Positions 1 through 10,267 of a stretch of 62,152 nucleotides of DNA are shown here, piece by piece (position 1 is the first letter of the stretch; each line of letters begins with the position of its first letter). Below the pieces are notes generated by a model, which saw only the letters and a list, made by a program, of their open reading frames with translations, searched no databases and had not been told where the DNA came from. A program made the translations under genes and the position numbers. The stretch spans positions 1-62,152 of the IMG/VR virus record IMGVR_UViG_3300014501_000005. The stretch is one strand, 5' to 3'. Origin of the DNA: a virus (Duplodnaviria; Caudoviricetes).

Positions 1-123
1 ACTTTTTATTCGCATCCGCAGCCGTCTCAAGAATCCTACGCATAGGAACGTATTCATCGCCGCGAGCGGTGTAGGTTTGGTAAGCTTCTTTGGTAATGAT
101 ACTATTCTTACCGCCGTTGTTGG
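1..123. repeat. Terminal overlap copy 1 (circular assembly signature)
   Basis: Bases 1-123 are identical to 62030-62152 and lie inside a continuous ORF, so the unit genome is about 62,029 bp. Confidence 0.95.
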
Positions 124-3100
124 TATCGGCAATGAGATCAAGAGCCTCTCGCTGGATAGCAAAATATCGTTTTGAGTAGTCAGCGATCTTGGCGTTATCC
201 TCCGGACTATGACGTTGTTGAATAGTGCTTAGATCACGTTGGATGGTTTGTTCTGTATAGCCGCCCGGAACAATCTTGCCATTTTTAATACTATCGCCCA
301 TTTCTCTGAGCGCATCCATATTCTTTTGAACATTATCTTTGAGCTTGGCTTGTTCAAGGATATCAGAACTCATAGCCGCTTGTTGTTTGAGTTGTTGAGT
401 CTCCTGAGTCAAGGCAGCCATATGCTCACGGACAACTTCATAGGTGCGCTTATAGCCAAGTAGATTCAAAGTCTGGGTTGTATCGGTATGCAAGCCACTG
501 GCACGAGCATCAGTTTCAATCCCCGAGACCTGTTGACGAGCTATACCAACACTTCCACGAATGCCGCTGATAGCGGATCGAACGGCCACGTACGTGCTTT
601 CGTTTAGTTTAAGTTGGCCCTTGGCGTCTCTAAAGCCCTTCCCACGCGGGTCTTGACTCATGGTCCATTCTTGCAGCGGGTTAGGACGATCGGTTACAAA
701 CGCATTTGGATCAAGCTTCTTCCACATATCGCCAATAAGTGATTGTCTCCATGAGAGCTGAGCTTCTGGTGCTTTAAGGGATTGCTGTTGGTCATGAAGA
801 ATATTTGCCATCTCCGGGCTAACGGGAGCGCCATCCATCGGAGGTGCTTTGAACCAAGCGGATATTGGTATATCCAGTGTGGAGCGCATATTGCGGGTGT
901 ATTGAACCGCACGGGCAATAGCAGTTGAGCGCAGTAACATAGGCGAGGTTGCGCCCAATACACCGCCAACGAACATGCCTGGATAGCCACCAACAGCCCC
1001 GCCAATAGCCATTCCAGCGGCCATACCGCCCATGATCTCAGAACCTTTGACAGCGCCCTGTTCCGGGAATCGCAATCGACTCTTCTCCGCATCAAGAGCG
1101 TCACTTAGGTTATCGTATTTGGTGCTCCAACCAGCATCAAGTCTAAGCGCGCGAACTCGGCCAGTGGCGTCTTTGGTATCAACGATTGTTGATTGACCAT
1201 GCGTTCCATGGACAATCTGGTCCATTTCGATGGAGTTGGTTTGCTTGGAATCCAGAATATGCGCTTCATATTCGTTGTTTGTGACCTTGCGAATCCAACC
1301 GTTCTGAAGCATGGCTGTGAGTGCGTCATCATGAAGGGTGCTTTTAAGTTGGGGAAGGAGAGCTTCTGCGAGTGAACCGTGAGTGTTATCGCGACCTGAT
1401 CCAAGGGCAATGAAGGTTTTCCCATCATGGGATAGCAGACCGTACATACCGGCCATCTTTTTGTCAGTTACTTTATATGCATTAAAGCCATTAGCCTTAG
1501 CAACAGCCAACATCTTATCAGGATCGGTTTCTTCTTGAGTAGCCAGTGGCCGTTCAAGGGCCATCCCGACAGAGCCCTTCTCAGTAGCTCGGGGAACTGG
1601 CTTCAATCCAATCTTAGAGTCAATGGCAGTAGCCATCGCCCTGTGAAGTCTGGCTTGTTCGGCCAACTCTGAAGCGTGCTGAGTAAATTCACTTTGATCG
1701 GGGATTTTACGTAATGTCTTCCCAAAAATTCTATTCGCATCCGCGAGCGACATCGTTTCTAGGGGTGCTGGCTTTGCTAGCTCTCCTGTTCCTGCTGGTG
1801 TCGCTACCTTTGGTCTTCGCCCTGTGGGAGCTTCTGGATAACGTCCGAGGATGTTTTCAGTGACGGCAAGGTCCTTCATCTTCTCAAGAAGATCGGTGTC
1901 TTCAATGCGACCGCCACTATCGCGCATTATTTCAAAACCTTCATCAATCTCAGCGCGTTTGGCGGTGATTTGCTTACGAAGCTTATCTTGAAACGCGCTC
2001 CATTGCTCATCCGTTAAGTTCTTTGGAGTGGGATTAGGAATGATATCGGAAGGCTTAGATGATGGAACCTCACCCATCTTTTCGTGAAGTATATCGCGAA
2101 CAGTGCGAGCCGGACCAGTCGGTTTGAACGGTTTCGATAAACCAGTCTCGGGATCAATACCCGCCCTAACTGGACCACCAGTTGCAAGTTGCTCTCGAAC
2201 ATACTTCTGATTATCTATGTTGTTATTCCACTGCTTCACACGGTCGTTGATGTAGTCAGCGCGGTCTTGATAGGTCTTAGCAGCATTGAGAACGTTATCA
2301 CGAAGGACACCTAGTTGATCCGGATGTGTGTTGTTGATCTGCATCCGCAGGATATCTCGCGCACGCGCAACTTGGGTATCACGATCAGCTTGGATAGCAG
2401 TTCGCTGTTCATCGCTGGTTGCGTTGTCGTGATCGGTTTTAAGCTTAGTTAAACGGTTAAACGCATCTGAAAGGGAGGCTGTTACATATGGTGATAGCGA
2501 TTGTTGCTTTGCTCGCGCTTCTGCTGCTAGCTGTGATAATTGGTTGGGGGCTTGCTCGGGCTGCGGGGAAGCAAACTCCGAAGCCTTTCGCTGGAACTCG
2601 GACTGAACAAAGTCCGGGCTCATCTTATCTACAGGGCTGGCAATTGGAACCGCCGATCGGGCGCCCACTATATCAGAGGGAGCTTCATAGTGCGCCATTC
2701 CAGCCGAGTCAGTCCCATTCCACTTACCACCAGCTTCCTCAACCATACGTCGGAGGGGTTCGTCACCAGGAGTGGTTGCGGTTGCTTGATTCGCTCGTAA
2801 AGGCGCAACAGCTTGCGCAGCCTGATCCTGTTGATCCGCCGTCAACGAATCTAAACCCTTCGGCCTCTCCGGAGCCACAATAGCTTGAGCTTTGGCCGCA
2901 GCCGCCTGTTGAGCAAGCTTCGATATCTCAGCTCGACGAGCATCGGTAAGTTTAACTGAAGCATCGGGGGCAATAGGAGGAGCGGATGGTTTTTCTTGCG
3001 AAGTGGATGGCTGTTCTATTTGATCGCGTAGATCGATTGAAGCCTGGAGAGCCTTCTGCGCATAAGCCTTCTCTTCCGGAAGCGCCGTCTGGGATTGAAG

Positions 3101-3964
3101 GACTCCCCGTAACCGGGCAATCTCACCCGTTTGACTCTGAAGTTCTTGGGCCGGGATTATCGTGCGCGGCTGATCGGCCAGAGCAACGGCACTGGTCCCT
3201 TCGCCTTCTCTACGCGGTGCTAGATCGCCTGCTGCTAACGGCTTCGGAGCGACAACATCTGGCTTGTCGGGAGCGTGAGGGGCCTGTACCTGATCCGCAA
3301 AGGCCTGACCGGGGTCCTTAGTCGGAGTCGGGGCAGACGCAACAGGAACATTCGTAGCTTGCGCCCGGACTTGATTAAGTAGCGTTGAACGAACTTCACC
3401 GGGCAAATGTGCTAATCCAAGAAGTGAAAATCCTTCATTGATAGCGGCATCGGCGTAGTTACCGGCCTTAACCGCATCCAATGCGCCCTTCTGTTGCATT
3501 GCAACGAACAAAGCATTGGTTCCGGCCTTAAGGACGGGTGCAACTTCTCCAACACCACTCAACATAAACGGCCAGTTCATCGGATCAGCTATTATGCCGA
3601 TAGCTTGCTTTGTGGTATCCGCCCCAACGCCCGTTACGAAAGTCTTCGCTGCTGCTACTACTGGCGACTGCCCGATAGTTGGAGTAGCCTGCTGCTGTCT
3701 CCAGGTATCTAAAGCATTTGCTGCTGGATCAATAACATACTTATGGGAGGCTGACAAAACCGCATTCGCCGCGGACAACGCTTTTGGATAGGCTGTTCCA
3801 GTTAGATAATCAAGCGTACTAGACGGCTGGCTAGGGGACCCACTTTGAGGTGGGGCTGATTGAGCAACGGGCGCAGCTTTAACCGGAGCAATATCCGATT
3901 CGGAGTATTGGCCGATGGGCTTCGGGGGCGATATGTCTTCAAGCGAATATTGTCCAGTAGCCAT
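1..3964 (-). CDS. Giant internal virion/ejection protein, N-terminal part (continues across the junction; ~2,011 aa total)
   Basis: ATG at 3964 overlaps the upstream TAA (TAATG); begins MATGQYSLEDISPPKPIGQY. The frame was open wherever I translated it and reads ...GDEYVPMRRILE in frame with ORF 59958..62072. Missing from the ORF track because it runs off the window edge. Confidence 0.85.
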   Translation of the reverse strand, partial: MATGQYSLEDISPPKPIGQYSESDIAPVKAAPVAQSAPPQSGSPSQPSSTLDYLTGTAYPKALSAANAVLSASHKYVIDPAANALDTWRQQQATPTIGQSPVVAAAKTFVTGVGADTTKQAIGIIADPMNWPFMLSGVGEVAPVLKAGTNALFVAMQQKGALDAVKAGNYADAAINEGFSLLGLAHLPGEVRSTLLNQVRAQATNVPVASAPTPTKDPGQAFADQVQAPHAPDKPDVVAPKPLAAGDLAPRREGEGTSAVALADQPRTIIPAQELQSQTGEIARLRGVLQSQTALPEEKAYAQKALQASIDLRDQIEQPSTSQEKPSAPPIAPDASVKLTDARRAEISKLAQQAAAAKAQAIVAPERPKGLDSLTADQQDQAAQAVAPLRANQATATTPGDEPLRRMVEEAGGKWNGTDSAGMAHYEAPSDIVGARSAVPIASPVDKMSPDFVQSEFQRKASEFASPQPEQAPNQLSQLAAEARAKQQSLSPYVTASLSDAFNRLTKLKTDHDNATSDEQRTAIQADRDTQVARARDILRMQINNTHPDQLGVLRDNVLNAAKTYQDRADYINDRVKQWNNNIDNQKYVREQLATGGPVRAGIDPETGLSKPFKPTGPARTVRDILHEKMGEVPSSKPSDIIPNPTPKNLTDEQWSAFQDKLRKQITAKRAEIDEGFEIMRDSGGRIEDTDLLEKMKDLAVTENILGRYPEAPTGRRPKVATPAGTGELAKPAPLETMSLADANRIFGKTLRKIPDQSEFTQHASELAEQARLHRAMATAIDSKIGLKPVPRATEKGSVGMALERPLATQEETDPDKMLAVAKANGFNAYKVTDKKMAGMYGLLSHDGKTFIALGSGRDNTHGSLAEALLPQLKSTLHDDALTAMLQNGWIRKVTNNEYEAHILDSKQTNSIEMDQIVHGTHGQSTIVDTKDATGRVRALRLDAGWSTKYDNLSDALDAEKSRLRFPEQGAVKGSEIMGGMAAGMAIGGAVGGYPGMFVGGVLGATSPMLLRSTAIARAVQYTRNMRSTLDIPISAWFKAPPMDGAPVSPEMANILHDQQQSLKAPEAQLSWRQSLIGDMWKKLDPNAFVTDRPNPLQEWTMSQDPRGKGFRDAKGQLKLNESTYVAVRSAISGIRGSVGIARQQVSGIETDARASGLHTDTTQTLNLLGYKRTYEVVREHMAALTQETQQLKQQAAMSSDILEQAKLKDNVQKNMDALREMGDSIKNGKIVPGGYTEQTIQRDLSTIQQRHSPEDNAKIADYSKRYFAIQREALDLIADTNNGGKNSIITKEAYQTYTARGDEYVPMRRILETAADANKK

Positions 3965-5196
3965 TATTGAGCGTCGAATGACCCATCGGGATGCATTGCC
4001 GTAATTTTAACGGTCTTGTTATTCTTTAGTTGAATCGTGTCCCCGACTTTATGGGCGGGGGCTGAGGAAGCTGGCCCACCTGAAGTGGGTCCCTTCATTG
4101 CGTGATACTGTGCCCAACTAGGAACAGTGATGCCTTTAGCTTTCATACCTTCAGCGGTTTGACGATAATCGCTAATCATGGCATCGTGCGCTTCTTTGTT
4201 AGCTTGGTTCTTTGCGTTAGTATCCGCTTGATATTGTTGATATAACTTACCGCTATTGGCAAAGTCAAACCCAGGCGTCTGCATGTTATTGTCTTCCCAC
4301 TCTTTTTGGCTATTGGTTGGTATTGGGGCAAACTCCTTTTGAGCCATTTGAACTTCGGAATCGATATCAAGTTGGGGTTGTTTAGAGGCTTGTTCTGAGC
4401 CGGACTTCTGGCCCGCGAGTCCGCCTTGCATACCCTGAAAGTTCGCCCAGTCCTTTTTGGCAGAAGGATCGCCTTCCGCCATTCTACGAAGAATGCCAGA
4501 TGGGGTATAGTTTTCGTTAAGTTGCGCCGCCTTCTGACTACCGAGGTGTTGAGCAAATGAAGGTTGGTATCCAGACGGTACCGGCTCAAGAGGTTGTTGA
4601 GTGACCTTACCACTAACCGGATCAAATACGCTTTGCCATGCATGACCTTGGTCATCGACCATTCCGGAGCCAATTGGCTTAGAGGAGTCTCGTTGGTTCT
4701 TGAGCATTTCACTCTGCCAAAGTTGATTTTGATTATCTAGTTGAATTTCTCTACGTTGTTGATATTGTTGGGCTTCCTGCCGTTGGCCAATCTGCGCCAG
4801 CTCATCCTGCATCTTAATCTGAGGTTCAGCCATCTGATAAGGCAGCATTGCAGACTGCATCATCTGATTGCGACGATCCATCTGGTTGCCTTTTAGCCCT
4901 TGCATGACGGCTTGAATGTTAGAACCAATAGACATACCGCCCTGCCCCATATCAGCAACGGTATTGAAAGCGTTATCCACTACGCCCGCTATCCCCGGAT
5001 GATTCTGAGCCAGCCAACTGTTCTGGCTCATCGTTTGATAGGGGTTCTGGATACGCTGGACGGCCTGTTGATAGGGGGCTATGAGCTGTTGGAGCTGCTG
5101 GCTCGTGCTAGCTTGATTCCAACCCGGTTGTTGAGTCTGAGCCGGTTGAGCAGGAGCAGCCATACCGTTTTGAATAAATTGATCGAATTCTGACAT
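3964..5196 (-). CDS. Putative internal virion (DNA ejection) protein
   Basis: 410 aa, Q/A/M-rich, predicted helical; sits between the tail genes and the giant internal protein, as in podoviruses. Confidence 0.6.
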   Translation of the reverse strand: MSEFDQFIQNGMAAPAQPAQTQQPGWNQASTSQQLQQLIAPYQQAVQRIQNPYQTMSQNSWLAQNHPGIAGVVDNAFNTVADMGQGGMSIGSNIQAVMQGLKGNQMDRRNQMMQSAMLPYQMAEPQIKMQDELAQIGQRQEAQQYQQRREIQLDNQNQLWQSEMLKNQRDSSKPIGSGMVDDQGHAWQSVFDPVSGKVTQQPLEPVPSGYQPSFAQHLGSQKAAQLNENYTPSGILRRMAEGDPSAKKDWANFQGMQGGLAGQKSGSEQASKQPQLDIDSEVQMAQKEFAPIPTNSQKEWEDNNMQTPGFDFANSGKLYQQYQADTNAKNQANKEAHDAMISDYRQTAEGMKAKGITVPSWAQYHAMKGPTSGGPASSAPAHKVGDTIQLKNNKTVKITAMHPDGSFDAQ

Positions 5197-5198
5197 TT

Positions 5199-5924
5199 TT
5201 ATCCCTGATAAGGCGATTGAGGCTGTGAATTTTGAGTGTTAAGGAAGGCGTTCAGATTAGAACCCATTCCGTTACTTGCGTCATATCCAATACTAGGAGC
5301 AGCCATTCCGGAACCCGATTGCTGCATATTGTTGCTGAAATAACCACTAGGTCCGCCGCTGGACTGAGCTTGGGGTTGTCCAAGGGGTCCATAGTTACTG
5401 GATTGACCACTACCGCCAGCAAGATTAGCCATGCTGCCCATGCCCGCGCTAGCCCCGCCAGTTGCGATGGCCCCAGCCGCGCCAAGAGCCGCCCCCGCAA
5501 CCTGTGGAAGCCACGTTCCAAGGCCGCTTTGACTTTGAGTCTGACCCGTCTGTTGCGGCTGAAACGACATCGCACTGTTGATTGCGCTTTGACGAGTGTT
5601 AGCTCCCTGAAGCAAGAGGTTGTTATACCCCTGCGATTGAGAAGCTTGGTTCTGCATGGAAAGCTGTGTCATCTGCTGTTGAGCCATCGGGGAGTTAGAC
5701 GATATTCCACCCTGTTGCAACCGTTGCCCAAGTGATTGCTGTGCTTGACCATACTGATTAGCATTGGTCAAGTTCTGCATCTGCTGTTGCTGTTGGAACG
5801 CAGAGTTAGAATAGGGATTATTAATCTCGCCCAATAGCGCACTTGATCCAGCGCCAACCTGAGCGTTATATGCGCCCTCGGCAGTGGAATTGTATTGATT
5901 AGTTGATACGGTTTTCTTTGACAT
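5199..5924 (-). CDS. Putative internal virion/pilot protein
   Basis: 241 aa, Q/S/G-rich with a Gly-Ala hydrophobic segment (GAALGAAGAIATGG) typical of ejected pilot proteins. Confidence 0.6.
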   Translation of the reverse strand: MSKKTVSTNQYNSTAEGAYNAQVGAGSSALLGEINNPYSNSAFQQQQQMQNLTNANQYGQAQQSLGQRLQQGGISSNSPMAQQQMTQLSMQNQASQSQGYNNLLLQGANTRQSAINSAMSFQPQQTGQTQSQSGLGTWLPQVAGAALGAAGAIATGGASAGMGSMANLAGGSGQSSNYGPLGQPQAQSSGGPSGYFSNNMQQSGSGMAAPSIGYDASNGMGSNLNAFLNTQNSQPQSPYQG

Positions 5925-6277
5925 TATAGGACCTTTTTATACCTAATCTCCGGTTCAGTTGAAATTTCTTTCGCACCCCAAGTTGTGGATACGTCACGCC
6001 ACGGCTTCATGGAGTCATTAGCATGAATATTGAAATAGTAGGCACCGATGCCCTTGGCCATCAAGTACGTTTCGATATCGCGCATGAAGATCACTTTAAG
6101 CTTATCTGGGAAGCTCTCGGGGAAATTTACTGGGTCTACCTCTATCACCGGGCGAATAACCGCTATAGGAGTGCCTGCTTGAGTATCGAGTGCAAGCATG
6201 ATACTGTCATTAGTAATATCGGATTGCTCACGGATTGATTCAACTTCATCCTGTCGAGCTAATCGAATCTTATTCAT
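5924..6277 (-). CDS. Hypothetical protein, possible GNAT-like fold (T7 gp13 position)
   Basis: Likely start MNKIRLARQDE; IRLA..DE N-terminus and position just before the internal virion genes. Confidence 0.45.
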   Translation of the reverse strand: MNKIRLARQDEVESIREQSDITNDSIMLALDTQAGTPIAVIRPVIEVDPVNFPESFPDKLKVIFMRDIETYLMAKGIGAYYFNIHANDSMKPWRDVSTTWGAKEISTEPEIRYKKVL

Positions 6278-6285
6278 AATCCCTC

Positions 6286-6486
6286 TCAATGTTTCGATAC
6301 AAAATGATTCAGCAATGCCATGATCGGCATCACGCCAATAACCTTGATGTTCTCCCACATCTTCGCATCTTTAATACCACTTTTGATATTGATGATCTCA
6401 ACTTCAGTGCGGCCTTTGTGTTCCCGAAAGTCGCCGTGGAGTTCATCCAGTTTCAACATCAATGCTGCCCATTGTTCTTCTGTCAA
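6286..6486 (-). CDS. Small coiled-coil protein with C-terminal hydrophobic helix
   Basis: 66 aa, tightly packed in the late operon. Confidence 0.55.
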   Translation of the reverse strand: MTEEQWAALMLKLDELHGDFREHKGRTEVEIINIKSGIKDAKMWENIKVIGVMPIMALLNHFVSKH

Positions 6487-6487
6487 G

Positions 6488-6976
6488 TTAGCTTCCTGTG
6501 ATAGCCGTTATGAGGCCGTTTGTAACTGTAATACTTGTGATAACAGTATAAGGTCCAGCCGATACCCCGGCTGTCGGGAGTTGGCTTAGAGCTAGATTGC
6601 CAGAGATATCCGTAAAGGCCGGTTGACTAAGATGGGGCTTACCTGTTCCATCGATTTCATATATCCATTCATGTGCAACTGGGTTAATCGCTTCCACCCC
6701 GCCAAGGGTAGTGGTTGTTGGATCGGGAAGGTCCGCGCCAACGAGCGGCCTAACTGATAACTCTCCGCCAGAGCCATTTGGAGTTGCATAAACTTCATTA
6801 GCGGGGAACGGTCCTGTTGCTGAGGCCGTTACAACCGCCGCTATACCGGCACTCGTTTGCGCAGTTTTAACTCCCTTATTCTGCGCTTCAATAGCTATAT
6901 TAACGTTATCCGCCCAAGCGTTGAGAGTTGCGACTTGACCGTCATCTTTGAAACTTCGCATCTTTAATCGTTGCAT
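6488..6976 (-). CDS. Putative tail-associated protein
   Basis: 162 aa with fibre-like motifs (RPLVGADLP, TTTLGGV, ITVTNGLITAI); TAATG-coupled to the nozzle gene. Confidence 0.55.
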   Translation of the reverse strand: MQRLKMRSFKDDGQVATLNAWADNVNIAIEAQNKGVKTAQTSAGIAAVVTASATGPFPANEVYATPNGSGGELSVRPLVGADLPDPTTTTLGGVEAINPVAHEWIYEIDGTGKPHLSQPAFTDISGNLALSQLPTAGVSAGPYTVITSITVTNGLITAITGS

Positions 6977-8742
6977 TAGATTCGATCCAAGGGCCAGACT
7001 TCAATACTCAAGCCCCCAAGGATAGTATCGGTGATTGCGCTGGAAGGAACGGACGTTGACGAGAGCGTAAAGCGATAGAACTTATCTTTCGCTAGCATGC
7101 CAGCTAGATAAACTTTGTATTCGTTAAACTGGGATAGCGTTAAAGGCGCAAGGGTGACAAGGTTGTTTGGAGTATTGAACGTATTAAACGTCGAAGCCCC
7201 ATCAACCGTCACAAGCATATTTGCATCTTCAGTTACAACTTCCATCTCATTGACTGTCTTGCGAACAGTCGCATCCCCAAGATCAAGCCATGTGGTTTGG
7301 ATCGTGGAGACAATACCTTCCTCGAATGTCTCGCCTTGTCGATCAAGCCATAGATCAGCTTCAAACACGCGCGTGATCCCCGCATTGTCACAGACTAAGA
7401 AGCGTGGAATACCGGCTAGGTTACAATAGTAAACTCCAGCGCTGAACAAATCTGCACACTTCCAAATGAACCATTTTCGGACATGCATATCGTATACGCA
7501 AACCGTGTCTGGAATCGTGTTGATGCCAGTGGGAATAAACAAGCAATACAGATTATACGGTCCGCTGCGAACCGAGATTGCCCATGAGTTCTTAGCGGCA
7601 GCGGCATTGATGTTGTTTAGGGTAGATTGAATAGTGGTCCCTACGTTCTGGAACGTGGTGAAGTCGCTGCCCAGAACTCGAAAGTCCGGTGTCATCCACA
7701 TGGTCCCAACCGGCGTTCCCTCAAGATAAACAACTTGCCACACATCCTGACATGCTAGCCCAGTGTCATTAAACACAATCTGCGGCAAAACGAAATTGGT
7801 TGGCCCATTACCTTGGAGCTGATAGATGTGAAGCTCAGTGCCGATGTACAGCGAGATGCCATCAGTCAACAGTCCACTGATAACTTCCGGCCCCGGCGCA
7901 ACCTCAAGGGCATTGGCCGCTGGCCAATCTTCTTCATAGCGCCCGGTGATGTTACCAGTAGAGGTGGTTGTCTCGGCTAAACTCTTACTGAATACTATCT
8001 GGCTTCCAAGAGCCATATAAATCCGCCCTTGGTTCGCAATAGGGAAGGACCCATTTGGAGGTGGAGTATTGAATAGCAATCCATGCGCCACGCCGCTAGT
8101 ATCGGTTTCTTGATATATGTTGTTGGTTAAAAGAGTTGCTTCGGGGGTGTTGTCTGTATAGGTGGTGGTCCCATTCGATACATCAGCAATGTGATATAGA
8201 ATAGTCGGATCACCACCATCTGCGGTTGCAAGGATAGCAACCATCGTTACTTGAGGATCGCTTGAGACTGGGATGTTTGTAAGTGGTTGATCGTTATTGG
8301 TAAGCGGACCTGTAGTTACCGAAGCTGGGCTTAGGTCGCTATAATTACCCGCTGCATCGAAGAACGCGGTATAGTAAATGCGGCCTGAGTTTAGGGTGAT
8401 GTTGCCAGCCCCCGGAGAGCCCAAGGTAACAGCGGTTGTCGGCGCAACAATGCCCCAGTTACTTAATCCAGTATCAAGGGTCCACTTCTTAAGATCAGCC
8501 GAAACCCCATCCTCGAAATACATATAATCCCGCGAGCAAACAGCGTATGGGCGGGTTGCTCCAGAGGATGGAGTAAAGATGGAGACTGGGTTGCCGCCAA
8601 GGTCCCAATAGAGAATGTTATTGGTCTCGGACATCACACCCGTTCCGTCAGCCGCCATCGCTATCGGCGTCCGCTCTTTATCATGGAGATCGAGATACAT
8701 ATCGATCTGTTGGGCTTTAATGAATGAGACTGGGGTTATCAT
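6976..8742 (-). CDS. Tail nozzle/tubular protein B-like, main body
   Basis: 588 aa, beta-propeller-like (GRIYMA, IVFS, LYIGTE, VCVYD...WF, IQTTWLDLGD...K); downstream of the adaptor. Confidence 0.65.
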   Translation of the reverse strand: MITPVSFIKAQQIDMYLDLHDKERTPIAMAADGTGVMSETNNILYWDLGGNPVSIFTPSSGATRPYAVCSRDYMYFEDGVSADLKKWTLDTGLSNWGIVAPTTAVTLGSPGAGNITLNSGRIYYTAFFDAAGNYSDLSPASVTTGPLTNNDQPLTNIPVSSDPQVTMVAILATADGGDPTILYHIADVSNGTTTYTDNTPEATLLTNNIYQETDTSGVAHGLLFNTPPPNGSFPIANQGRIYMALGSQIVFSKSLAETTTSTGNITGRYEEDWPAANALEVAPGPEVISGLLTDGISLYIGTELHIYQLQGNGPTNFVLPQIVFNDTGLACQDVWQVVYLEGTPVGTMWMTPDFRVLGSDFTTFQNVGTTIQSTLNNINAAAAKNSWAISVRSGPYNLYCLFIPTGINTIPDTVCVYDMHVRKWFIWKCADLFSAGVYYCNLAGIPRFLVCDNAGITRVFEADLWLDRQGETFEEGIVSTIQTTWLDLGDATVRKTVNEMEVVTEDANMLVTVDGASTFNTFNTPNNLVTLAPLTLSQFNEYKVYLAGMLAKDKFYRFTLSSTSVPSSAITDTILGGLSIEVWPLDRI

Positions 8743-9800
8743 TAGATCGCTTGGAATGGATACGCAAAGAGATTAGAGAACCACGGGGTTGATCCGGCGT
8801 TAGAGTTCCAGCTATCTGAGAACGTGCCACCTGTACCGGGAATATAGTATGCGAACATGGTTTCTTGTCCGGTCCATGGTGCATTTGGTGTTTGTGCGTT
8901 TCCATCCAATGAAGCGGAGAACAGAGCAGTACTTGCCGGAACTGATATACTCCCACTTGACCACGTAGCGGCGGTTCCATTTGCTTGAACGGACGGGAGG
9001 GTTTTAATCCCCAAATTGCTCCATTGAATGATATTCAATTGATTGCCGCTAAATGTAACGGCACTAAAGTTAAGGGTAATGGAGAGCGGGGTACCGTATG
9101 GCACATTCGCGCTGACGCGTGTCGCCCAAACTTGGAAGCTTCCACTGGAACCAATAGACTGTAAAGCAGTTATAGACCCCCAAGTATCGCCTGCACTATC
9201 CGTGATGGTAGTAACGTGCGGTACTGAACCGGCGTTGAGATTGATAGGGATAAAAATAGTATCACCGATTGATATTGCGTATATCTTAGCGTTCCAAGTA
9301 ACGCCGCCATCGATTGTATGAGCGCCAACAGTTACTCCCCAAGTGGGCGTTATACCTCCGGACGTTCCACCAACAACGACTTGCTGAACGTTACCATTAG
9401 AATCAACGATCGAAGTACCGGCTTGATAGACGTGATTTCCTTGCCAAGTACCAAAGGTCGGTTGGAAATTGGTAGTTAACGAGAGAAGGCTGTTACCGAA
9501 AAGAACCGTTTGGCTATAACTAAACAGCGGAGTCATGAACGTTGGAATTGGCCCATTCAGGACTTCATCGCTATCGATATTCGCGCCATTGTCTAAGGCT
9601 GGATTGAAGAATCGATAACCAAATCGCCTTAGCAACACTCCAGTAGCTGGCGGTAGGATGTTCGTAAGCTGCAAGAACGCATCCGGGTTTTGCGCAGGCG
9701 CAACGGTAAAGTCATCGATCCCGGCCTGCAACCAACTGTTGCGGTCGTAGCGATAGAGGTTGCCTTGGACTTCATAGGGGATGACTTTAGCTTCGGGCAT
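8742..9800 (-). CDS. Nozzle-like N-terminal segment fused to beta-rich accessory domains
   Basis: N-terminal PD..L.L.NI.P...GVL.RRFGY resembles the start of gp12/gp10-type nozzles; followed by a W....Y..G..IVDSNGN...GTSG...PTW...DGGVTW module. Confidence 0.55.
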   Translation of the reverse strand: MPEAKVIPYEVQGNLYRYDRNSWLQAGIDDFTVAPAQNPDAFLQLTNILPPATGVLLRRFGYRFFNPALDNGANIDSDEVLNGPIPTFMTPLFSYSQTVLFGNSLLSLTTNFQPTFGTWQGNHVYQAGTSIVDSNGNVQQVVVGGTSGGITPTWGVTVGAHTIDGGVTWNAKIYAISIGDTIFIPINLNAGSVPHVTTITDSAGDTWGSITALQSIGSSGSFQVWATRVSANVPYGTPLSITLNFSAVTFSGNQLNIIQWSNLGIKTLPSVQANGTAATWSSGSISVPASTALFSASLDGNAQTPNAPWTGQETMFAYYIPGTGGTFSDSWNSNAGSTPWFSNLFAYPFQAI

Positions 9801-9814
9801 GGTTAAGGAGATGT

Positions 9815-10252
9815 ATGAGAAAGTGTTCTAACTGTAGAATTGAAAAAGATGAATCATTCTTCTATCCCGTTCCAGTTGGGGATGGTATATCGCGTCAATG
9901 TAAGGAATGCAAAAAGCTATATGAACGAGTTCGGCGTAAAGAACATCCTGAAATTTATCGGGAATACGAATTACGTTCCCATTTTAATCTTTCAGTAGAA
10001 CAATACAATACCATGTTTACGGAACAAAACGGGCTATGTTTTATTTGTCACAAGCCTGAAACAGTATTTCGTAAAGGGTCTACTTTGCCATTAACCGTAG
10101 ATCATAACCATAGCTGTTGCCCAAGTTCTACATCATGTGGTAAATGTGTTCGCCATCTACTTTGTTTTCGATGTAACTCAGGCTTGGGTTATTTTATGGA
10201 CAATCCCGAGTTACTTATTGCCGCTGCAAGCTACATAAAAGCCTGCAACTAA
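9815..10252 (+). CDS. Endonuclease VII-family homing endonuclease
   Basis: CxxC N-terminus, Q.G.C.IC, L.VDH.H, VR.LLC..CN.GLG.F.DN; inverted relative to its neighbours. Confidence 0.85.
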   Translation: MRKCSNCRIEKDESFFYPVPVGDGISRQCKECKKLYERVRRKEHPEIYREYELRSHFNLSVEQYNTMFTEQNGLCFICHKPETVFRKGSTLPLTVDHNHSCCPSSTSCGKCVRHLLCFRCNSGLGYFMDNPELLIAAASYIKACN

Positions 10253-10267
10253 TTGAATACAAAGGAC

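Noticed and set aside
1-123. 123-bp terminal repeat as a biological direct terminal repeat
   Set aside because: It falls in the middle of a continuous ORF, which fits an assembler overlap of a circular contig.
239-3791. Short ORFs listed in the track for 239-3791
   Set aside because: They are antisense or off-frame shadows of the giant minus-strand gene.
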